Part shown: in pieces, positions 24,313-35,200 of the stretch
Position numbering within the stretch: the stretch's first letter is position 1
Layout of the letters: every line of letters starts with the position of its first letter
Origin: Mytilus edulis
Taxonomy: Eukaryota
DNA: 64,000 nucleotides
Direction: 5' to 3'
Assembly (NCBI RefSeq): GCF_963676685.1
Contig: NC_092348.1
Span: 40,176,001-40,240,000, forward strand
Program-made: the position numbers and the translations under genes
The notes under the pieces: generated by a model
What the model saw: only the letters and a program-made list of their open reading frames with translations
The model's database searches: none
Told to the model about the DNA's origin: nothing

Positions 24313-27189
24313 CTAAGATGTCTTACTCTTATCGCCGGAGAGTTCATAGCATATTTTAAGTATTCCTAAATTCAAATTAGGAGAAAATGTGATAAATTCT
24401 GTTTCTTTCACTGTGCACTTTAAATCACGTATTGCCTGTTGCCTGTTAGGAATATCACCAAGATGATGATAACATAGAAATCTAAGAAAGTGTGACATGG
24501 TAATAGGCGGTATAAAAATGGTCACGTCTCCCTGTGTAAGCTTTAATTCTTCTGGTATTAAAGAAGAGTCTTTCAAGTACATAACACAGTCTACAGTAGC
24601 TATTTTCATCCTGTTGTTCAATGTCATTGTGGAATGCACATTTTGTCTGTAAATTTTTAGACAATCATCCGTGTAGATATTACTGCCTACAAACAACATA
24701 TTAGGTGTACATCTTGATAAAATATAATGTATAAGTCTTAGAGTTACATTGTACTGTCCTGTCACGTAATAAAACGACGCGTATAACAACCAACCTGACA
24801 CAGCATCTGTATTTAAGCCGTCTTTTAAATGTCTATGATAACAATTGTGTATTTTGTACGTTTTATTAATTGCGAATGGTGACGGTAGTACTTGTGCTAC
24901 ATGTTGATTGATTTTGGCAAAGTGATATTTACACACACCAGTAATAAATTTAGAAGATTCAGACTTCAATAGATATTCAACCAATTCAAATTCTTTATAA
25001 TAGTCTGACATATCTCTATCATGCGAATATGGCAGGTAAAAAACTTTATAAAATAGTGTGTCTAACTTTCCAGACGACTGTTCCCTCGGTTCATCTAATG
25101 AAAGATTAAAGCTGTTGTTCTGGAGAAATAAATTCGTTAATAATCCGCTAGTCTTACTACACTTTATGCTATCAAGTATGCAAAGGAGTATTTTATTGTT
25201 TCTCCGATCGATCTTTCCTAAGAACATGTTGTGTTCAGGTATGAAATAGTTTGGACAGTAACATTTGTCTATCCATGATATTAATTTATCAAGACAGAGA
25301 GAAAAACAATTAAACAATTTAGACAATCGAAATATTTCAATATCTTCCTCTTCCGAAACCCAGAATAAAGCCGTCTTCAAAAAATAGGAACACAACAAAT
25401 CTTTGACGTCCTTATTTTTGTTAATGATATACTTTAAGGTTATTTTCAGAAGACTGTAACATAAGAGTTGTGTGAAATTAAACGAATGAACAAGTAGTTT
25501 TTCTGCAACAGAGAAAGACAATCTCCATAATACGAAACTATCTGATATTGTTTTAGGTCCTATAGGTACTAACAAACACCCGTAATTAGTGATCCTGTCA
25601 ATTACAAAATTAGGTGGCCACTGTTTTCGATAACGCCAAGCCCATGGTTCTGCGCTACAAGGTAAAACTGTACTGCGTAGGCAGAATGCAATATCAAAAG
25701 TTTCGTCTTGGTCTGATATACATGGACCATGTAAAGATAGCGGCATATTCAAATAGAGCTGACGAATACTGTTAACAAAGCTGTCTGATGATAGATAAAA
25801 ACATTTACAAGTATCTCCAAAAGAAATAGATGGTATCAAGAGGGATTCATCAAACTCTCCTGTTACTAATTTGAGTTTAGTAAATCCAGGATGATCAGAA
25901 TCGGTCTCCATAACCAGTGTAGGCCGTTCTGATGACTGTTTGATATTTCGTGTATTTTGTATTACGTCTACACTATTGATAACGTACATTACATCTCGGT
26001 CACTGCCTAGTAAATCCAATCCCTCTGCTAAACTTCCACTTGATATTCTGGTAAGCGTATCCGACGTTGCATTGTATATTTTATCATTAGTTATGCAGAG
26101 TCGTTGTCTATTACGTATATCTATTTCAGTACCAACAGTATTTATGAGGTGTTTAAATAAATTTGTTTCTTCACAATCATTTCCTGGCCCTTGCAAGTAA
26201 TCTATAAAATTTGGATGTATTTAGTTAAACTGCAATAACGGTTGTAAAAAGTAATTATTTACATTCATGCTTCTTTTTATGTGTTGCTGTAGTTTCATGG
26301 CTTTTAATTTTTACTCTGAAATCATACCAAAATTCCTTACTTTCAATTCCAAAGTTATTGTTCTTATTTCAATTTGACGTCATAATTATAAGCATTTATC
26401 TTCACAAATTAAATGCATAATAAATATCATAAAGATAAACAGTCATCAATCTTTTCAATCTACCTTTTGTTTTGGCAATTGCTTGTACCAAGTCAGGAAT
26501 GAGACAGTTGTTTTCCATACGTTCTGTTGGATGATATTGTCAAGCGTTTGGTTTTGTCAGATTTTATGGACATCATCCTTATTGAATATAAACTCATTAT
26601 AGATACCAGGATTGAAATTTTATATTTTATATACCTTTGAGTTCGGTATTTTGTAAATATGTTTTTAACTTCGTGTTTGATTTGGCTTTCCAATTGTTTT
26701 GTTTCGAACGCCACTTATAAGTCTTATGTAGACCACGTCTGGCCCACTAAATTACAAGCCTTGTAGATCTATAGTTTTTTTTATTAAAATTATGTATCTA
26801 TCAACTGTATATTCACCATTGTCGGTAATATAATAGATATAAATAAATATATACATACATTTCTCTTGGTCTGTACAGTCCTGTAAGTATTCAATGTATT
26901 CGTTTGAAGATTTGTCTGGACATCTGAGATTGAGTATCCATTGTTCTTGTTTAGTTCTTCTTTCTAAGCAAGCTTTAAACTCACGTTCAAACTGACTGAT
27001 TGTCAATCCAAAAACACCATTTGAGATAACCACCCCTTCGTCTAAAGATATATAAATCAACGGCGTGTATCTGCGTGTTCCAGGATATGGAAAACGTTTT
27101 AAACCATATTTTTCCAAATACGTAGTTTTCTTCATTCCATACAAACATTCGTCGTCATGGTTTTCTTTTTTTCTTGCCTTTCTATACAT
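24313..27189 (-). CDS. cGAS-like receptor (Mab-21 nucleotidyltransferase) copy B, ~739 aa
   Basis: Exon 27189-26859 (ATG follows TTTACAG|TCGCC; phase-1 donor T|GTATGT) and exon 26201-24313 (acceptor TTTTATAG). SGSLAEGLDLLGSDRD, DIAFCL, WRLSFSVAE, CSYFLKTALFW, CPNYFIPEHNMF; clear paralogue of copy A. Confidence 0.9.
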
Positions 27190-27869
27190 GGCGACTGTAA
27201 AGAAAAAAACCCAGATGTATTCCGTTATAAAAAAATCTATCCCAACCAACTTGTAATAAAGAATACCACATATTTTCAATAAGTCGGTTTATATCTTGAC
27301 TTTCATTAAGCAATTAACATTATGGGTTGGTTTACACCCATTCTGTACGACAAAACTTATGTATAGTGTTGTTTGTCTTTAGGTCGTTTTAATTTTTTGC
27401 CATGGCATAGTCAATATAAAAATAAGGAGATGTGCTATAATTGCCAACCAGACAACTATCCAACAAAGTTGAAATGAATTGGATATCAGCAGTTATACGC
27501 AACCTTACGGCCTTCAACAATGAGAAATACCCATACCATAAAGACGGCTATATAAAGCCCCTACATGAAAATATGATACAATTCTACCGAGAAAACTAAC
27601 GGCATAAAACAAAACAAAACAATTTACGAAAACTAAATATCGCAGACATGAATCCACGACAATCACTGAACTATAGGCACCTGACTTGAGACAGGCACAT
27701 AAAGAATTTGACAGTCTGTTTTTGACCTATGAGTTTTATTATACATTTGGCACCTTTCGCCCCTGTTCAACAGTTATGTAGTAACATTCAAGCCGCACCT
27801 GCATATAAAGTACATAATCTTTTGTATTATACAATAAACAAAAGCTACTTGTGTTTCCCATTATAATTT

Positions 27870-27985
27870 TCTTGATAGTGGGTTGTTGCTTACCAGACAG
27901 CTACAAAACCAACGATTCGAAGTGGTAAAGTTGAAGTCATCTATTCAACAGTTTTACGAAGGCTATCATGAGTAGGTTGACCTTT
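27870..27985 (+). mobile_element. Ancient Naiad-type RT C-terminal fragment upstream of the cGLR copy B start codon
   Basis: Reads LDSGLLLTRQLQNQRFEVVKLKSSIQQFYEGYHE; the start matches LDRGLLLTRKL of the RT at 43264-43851. Confidence 0.6.
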
Positions 27986-28747
27986 ATGTATATTTTCCAA
28001 TTGACATAGTCACACTTTCGCCAGGAGAATGTAAACTGTTTATCTTTCATTAGCTTATATCATTACTTGAATTAAAGTTTGATACTGCCAGAATTTGATT
28101 TCTCAATGGTCATGATGTCGTTGTATTAGTAAGATTTTCATTTTGACAAGGTATTTTTCTATGTCATTCTATGTTTATTGAGAGTCAGTTTTTTAGTGCT
28201 AATGTGATCTGTTGTGTATTTATTTTTATTCCTCTTATCGCTCGTATTTATTATACAAAATGATGACGTATGTCAAAGAAAATAAATGATATCATATTAA
28301 AGAATATGTCGGCTAGATAAATATATGCTTTTTTTTTTTTAGGATTTTGACACGATGAAAACAACTTTTATGAAAACAGATTTTTAACGACAAACTATTT
28401 GACCCTTAATAATGTTAACCTGTTTCGTTGGAACAAACAGACTACTACGTTAGAAATTCAAAGAACACAATATAATGAATAAAGTGATTTTATTTGCGAT
28501 GCTGTTAACATGTGTTTTGAAAATAAGAATAACTGCTGATTTGACAAAATTTTACGTTTTCAGCTGATTTGATCTGGTAAATAAACATTTAATCTTTTAA
28601 CGGATTCAGTGGTTTCTTTCAATGCACTTGTTGTTAAAATTTTGGTTGTGTCGATTTCAGACGTACTGCCTAATAACTCTGTGTGAGCAGTTTTTAGTTA
28701 CTAGCACACCAGTGTAACTTGAAGAGGTAGACATAACTGTACAAAAT

Positions 28748-29010
28748 GTGTCCCAAGACAGGAGCCTCTCGCCTTTGTCAGTCTTGTATTAGTTTTAACT
28801 TAAGTTTCTTGTGTAAAATTTGGCTTTAGTACGGCGTTCATTATCACTGAACTAGTATATATATTTATTTAGGGGCCAGCTGAAGGACGCCTCCGGGTGC
28901 GGGAATTTCTCGCTGCATTGGAGACCTATTAGTGACCTTCTGCTGTTGTCTGTTATATGGTCGGGTTGTTGTCTCTTTGACACTTTCCCCATTTCCATTC
29001 TCAATTTTAC
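28748..29010 (+). mobile_element. Solo 3' end (pseudo-LTR) of Naiad family 1
   Basis: Near-identical to 37040-37300; other copies at 44276-44600 (-) and ~57270-57357 (+). Confidence 0.8.
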
Positions 29011-29493
29011 TAATAAAAGCTTTTTATGATCAGATCATATTTGAAATTACTACGTTTGTGTATATTGAAGTAGTCATTATTGTTATTTTTAAAGAAAAGC
29101 ACGTAGGAAGTCTTTGTAACTTCAACGTCTCGGAAATGATCTAATATTATTCGATGATACCACGAACGAATGTATTTCTTGTACGATAAGAATTTTACTG
29201 AAAAGGTTTAGACCTTACCTTTCTTTTGATATAGCTTGATATTAATTCGTTACTTCGTCTCACAATATCACTTGCACTATTCATAGACGTAGTTACAGGA
29301 AAATGAAAAAACTTCCTGGTGAATAAGTTGTAAAGTTCTTTTGCTGAGGATATCTTATTATGGTGTTCGTACTTAAACATAAGTGTTTAAGCGAATTGTA
29401 TCGGAACATAACATTAGTGTGAGAATCCTAATTTGAAATCTAATTCATTTCAAAATTTTAATATACATACATTTGTCATTTGTTATATCTTGA

Positions 29494-30020
29494 GGGGAGC
29501 TCGCGAGTATTAATCAATTTTTTTTCTATTATAGGATTTCGCTATATTTTTTCATAAATGAACTTTAGCATATACTTAATAGAAAGATGAAATAAAAAAA
29601 ATGGGATCACCGTTAATTTAAGCTCACAATCTGCCTCCGAAAGAAGCATTCATTTTTTTTAATATCCTTTTTTTCTGTTGAACTAATAGGAACAATAAAG
29701 CATTGTAGAGGTAATATCGAAATAAAAAAAGAAATAAATTACAGAAATCGCTTAAATTTTACAATTATTTAGTTTATGTAAAGCTTATTTGAAAACAATA
29801 ATAAAAAATATAGGTCATCGATGAGTTTAAAAAATAATTTAATTTAAACGCCAAAAAAAAAGGCATTTTTGCATCAAAGGGAGATAATTTGGAGCTTTTT
29901 CAATGATATAATGATTTGTACCATATCATAAAGTTATAACTAAAAGTGTTATAAATAAAATTTGTAATGAAAAAATAAATGTTTAATATTTCGCTGAAAT
30001 TTTTGTACCCGCGAGCCCCC
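29494..30020. mobile_element. MITE at a TTAA-like target (Kolobok/Crypton-like)
   Basis: ttga|GGGGAGCTCGCGAGTA ... TACCCGCGAGCCCCC|ttaa inverted termini. Confidence 0.6.
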
Positions 30021-32254
30021 TTAACAGCAGCGCCTGCATCATGAGTATACATAAAATTATTCAAGTAGATTTAATATTCCACGGCTTGCGTTTCCCATCA
30101 CGATTTATAGAATTGCTGCTAATAATGAATGGGTCCAAGTAATAACGTTTGAGTCTTATGTAGATGTAACATGCGTCTGGCGTATTAAATTATCAACCTG
30201 GTACCTTTGATACTAGTACATGTAACTATTAGCATGTCGAAATGTAGAATTGGGTTGTGTTTTTGTGTATTTCTCTGTACTTAATGTTCTTGTATTTATT
30301 TGTACTGTAGTCCTATCATGTAATGTTGTCCTTTTTAGTGTTATATTTAACATTGTCATAAAACACGAGGCTCGGCTAGCCACAAAACCAGGTTCAACCC
30401 ACTATTTTGTCTTAAAATGTCCTGTTCCAAGTCAGGAAAATTGCAGGTGTTAACTTAAGGTTCGTTTCTGTGTTGGTTACATTGTCGTTTACATCATATT
30501 TTACACTTAAATGTTTCTGTAATTTCGTTGTTTTCCTCTTAAAGATATTGTGTTTCCCTCGGTTTTAGTTTGTGACCCTGATTTGTTTTCTCCTAATCGA
30601 TTTATGAATTTTGAACAATTGATACTACTATTGCCTTTATTTGAGACATTGCTTTGCTGAAGCGATTAAATCATTTTATTTTGGAAGGAGTACGCAGTTT
30701 GATTAACAAGGTTATATTAAATCCTAGCTCCGATCCTAAACACGTCGGTATTCTTTACCAATTTTTTTTCTATATAGAAGTCATAAAGAAATTCATCAGG
30801 AGGAATTTGGTATGCCACTTTACCATTTTTAGAATAAATGGTTAAAAAAATTTGATATATCAAAACATTAAACTTTGAACAAACTGGTAATGTCCTCCCT
30901 GATTGGAAACAAAAGAGACACTATCAGTCACTAGTCAAATATAACAACATAATCAAAGAAAAAAGGCCAAATACACAAACAACAGTTTTCATAGCACTTC
31001 AGAGAAAACTAAAGATTGACTTACAGAAACCTTACCAATAGTGCATACCCGGTTTTTGGTTGGTTTCATTTTGCTCCGTGTTTAGTTTTCTACGTTTTTT
31101 TTTGTATACTGTTGTATGTGTTTCGATCTTTTTTTATTTTTGCCTAGGTATTATCAGTTGGATTTCAGCTCATGAGTTTGAAACCTTTTTCGCCTCTATT
31201 TTATACGAAATGAAAAAAGTGACCGTTACATTGTTAGCAAGAAGTGCATATTGGTAACCAAAGAAATAGTTTGCCTTTAACAACAAAATGATCATATTTG
31301 GTAACAACTCGGGGAAGGGGAGAAGATACGTTCTTTACAATGAGTGATAGAGAAAAGTAATATGCCACTTTGTTATGATGAGGTCGAATTCAATTCCGAA
31401 AGTTCAGTATTTTAGATATGCAGATACAACCACAGTCAAACATGCATCTGGTATTTGAAACATCTACGTTTTCCCTGTCCATGAAGTAGCGTAATATAGC
31501 TATATTTTTTTTAAATTAGCTTTAAATTGTTAAATATATATGTTAGTTCAGTATTTACTGAATGTCTCAAATGCTCAACACTACCTCAACAGTACGCACT
31601 TTTTCTATTCTAAAAAAAAACTGGATGCAGCCTCAGCCTGTAAAAGACAGAAGAAGGAATTGTCTTTTTAATCGATCTAAAGCTAAATTCATAAATCATA
31701 GGTTTGGTAATCGTTTGCATGGCAACATTATAAACCACTTAAGTAGTACTCGTGTAATTTGGTGGTCTCTTCGTATGTTATTTTAGAGAAGATTGTTACC
31801 TTGCTGTTAATGCTATAGAAAAAAACGGATCAGGGATCGGATAACTTAATATTCATAATAAATATTCACCAGAGTGTTTCTTGTTATACATGTACTTATC
31901 AAACGCGTATTTAATGTAAAAGAGCCAAACAATGAATTGTTATACTTTCATTGGCGCGGACTTTTTTTCTTCACATTTCAATATCTATAGCTATAGGAGA
32001 TCATAAAGCCGTGTCTCATATTGCAGTATTGTGGAAACATACTTTACCTATCCCATACGGTATAGTTTTAACACATGGCAATGTTATTTGAGTAGCAAAA
32101 TCGGCAGACAATATCATATTTTTACAAAAATCAATATACATGTATATGTTGAAAAAAAATTATCACGCGATGTTGTGATTTAAATATATTCTTGATTTCA
32201 TTCTTAAAACATCTCTATCCAATGTTCAAGATTTACCACCACTGAACAGCTCCA

Positions 32255-35200
32255 ATGAAATCAGTTGAGATTTCTTTCCTTGTGATATGTGGAATATTTG
32301 TTACCAGCATTAACGCACATCTTAAAGACAATAGTAAGTATAATAGAATAAGAACTAAACAGTAAATGTTTGAGACAATTATTGCACATCACTTACAGAT
32401 AGCATAAGGGATGCTGACCTAGCATTGATTTTAAAAGCAGTATATTTCGGCAGATATAAGATCGAGATCATCCAATAAATATATGACCATACAATACGAC
32501 GAAACGAGCTTGTTTGTCTTGATATCTTTCGTGTATTGCCATGACGTTGTGAGTTTTAAATATTCCTTTTACATGTTATATCTCTTTTGAATAGAGATTC
32601 CTTATTTTCTTAAGTTTGTTGATTAAGATTTTCCTAGGGCGCCAAGTGGTCTAAGTAGGTTATTTACTGTACCATTACCATGAGGTTAGGAGTTTGAATC
32701 TCTCACAGGGGAGGTCTTTTCGACTAATCTTTTTTTTACAAATACCGAAGTTTCCGGTGGTCCAATCCGTGAATTCAGGCTTCATCCACCTCGGTTCATT
32801 CGTATATAGAACTTGTCGTTTTTTTGTTTTTTTCAATCATTGATGTAATCGTATAATTAGTGTAAGACAACGCAAATTGGTTGGAGTAAATTGCTGTATT
32901 CGTGTTCGTGAATTTTTTTCTATGCTTTCGTAAATTAATTTTGCTAAACAAATCCAGCTTAAATATCTGATCATTTGATTTTCATGATTGACCTAAAACT
33001 GTAAAGAATTTTTCAGTGTTAGTCTTACATTTGTCCTAAAAGGACGTCTTGTCTATCATTTTTTTTGAAGTAACCAAACTGGGTTATTTTTGTATATAAA
33101 AGGTTTATTCACAAAACCTTCGTACCACTTCTTTAGTATGCAAATTGATTTTATTAGCCCTCTGTATGTCCGTATAGGTCAATTGCAAACCATAAAACTC
33201 ATATTGTACATTTGTATGTCAGGATTGTGTCGTTTTCATCAACTTTTAGTAAAATCCCTTCTTCATAATTTGCATCAATACAACTCTTGAATTATTAAAT
33301 GTCTGTAGTTGTATTACAGAATTATTCATCTGTTTCGAAACATAATTACGAAAATACAAAAAGGATTTTAATATACATTTACACATTGCAGATTGCATAT
33401 ACATGAATATTATTGAATTTAAAACATACACGATTATGATATTCAAATGCAATGCATAGTAACGCTTGAAAGAAATTTCATTTTAAAATACTTTGAAAAG
33501 ACAAGTTTATTTTTCTTTTAATGAAATCGTGTTAAAAACAGGACACATGTGAAATTAAACTGAGATATTTGAAGAAAAAAACCCCCAATGTTATATGTAA
33601 GCATGTAAGTGTTAAATAGAGTTCAATATAACACTTTAGAGAAAAAGGTAAACTCACAAAAATACTGAACTCAAATGGCAAAATTATATCTCAAACACTT
33701 CTAACGAATGGATAACAACTGTCAGATTCCTGACTTGGTACATTCATTTTCCTATGTAGATAATAGTGGATTAAACCTGGTTTTATAGCTAGCTTTACCT
33801 CTCAGTTGTATGACATTTGCATCAAATTCCAATATATTGACAACGATATGTAAACAAAACAGACAGACATAATAGGTAAAAATGTCAAAAATTAGGGTAC
33901 AGCAGTCATCAGAGTGTAATTATCTTCATAACTGTGATAACAAACAAATATGTAACAAAGAAGCACAAAAAGGCATAAAGACAAAGCACTCTAGCAAAAA
34001 TAAAAGACAAAAATTCAATTTTTTTTTGAGTTTTAACTTTATAAGGTTTACTTATTTCAATTTTGCAACTTTGATTTTCTGATCTATATATCAAGAATAA
34101 TTCAAATCGTACCAAAACGATTGTAATCATTCTTTTTTTAGTAACACCAATGATAATAAATGAAAAAAAATATTCCAATATTAATCCGTATTCCAAATTA
34201 ATACAATCATTTTATATGTAGATGGCTATTTCAAAAACCGTCCGAGGGATTGTACAGACATTGATATCAAACAAAAGAGTGGTGTCTATAAAATTTACCC
34301 AGAAGGCTCCGCTGATGGATTTAACGTATACTGTGATATGACGACAGAAAGTGTGAACGGCGGCTGGACGGTAAGACTTTTTAATGCCCCATTTATGGGG
34401 CATTATGTTTCTGTTCTGTGCGTCCGTTCGTTCGTCCGTCCGTCCGTTGGTCGTACCGTTCGTTCGTTCGTTCGTTCGTCTGTCCCGCTTCAGGTTAAAG
34501 TTTTTGGTCGAGGTAGTTTTTGATGAAGTTGAAGTCCAATCAACTTGAAACTTTATGATATGATCTTTCTAGTTTAAATGCCAAATTAGAGATTTTATCC
34601 CATTTTCACGGCCCACTGAACATAGAAAATTATAGTGCGGATGGGGCATCCGTGTACTTGGGACACATTCTTGTTTCAAATATTTTTCTGCCTTTCCTGC
34701 AAAAAATTAGCTCTCATGCAGTTTTGTCTTTAACACTTTCGATTGTGAATATATTATACACTAATAAGTAGTTAACAATCATCCTGCATGATGGTATACT
34801 CTTAAAGGGAAGAAAAAAGTACGTTGTAGTCGAAATAATGTTTATGTTAATTTAACGGATGACATATTTTTATATTTTGGAACATCAATGCCCTTCAACT
34901 TTGTACTTGTTTGGCTTTATTATATATTTTGATATGAGCGTCACTGGTGAGTCTTATTTAGACGAAACGCGCGTCTGGCGTACTAAATTATAATCCTGAT
35001 ACCTTTGATAACTATTTACACCACTGGGTCGATGCCACTGCTGGTGAACGCTTCGTCCCCGAGGGTATCACCAGCCCAGTAGTCAACACTTCGGTGTTGA
35101 CATGATTAACACTTCGGTGTTGACATAAATATCAATAATTTGGTCATTTTTATAAATTTCCTGTTTACAAAACTTTGAAATTTTCGAAAAACTAAGGATT

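Noticed and set aside
11954-26196. Bacterial CBASS/CD-NTase operon or contamination
   Set aside because: The genes have spliceosomal introns, sit among animal transposons and have no adjacent effector genes.
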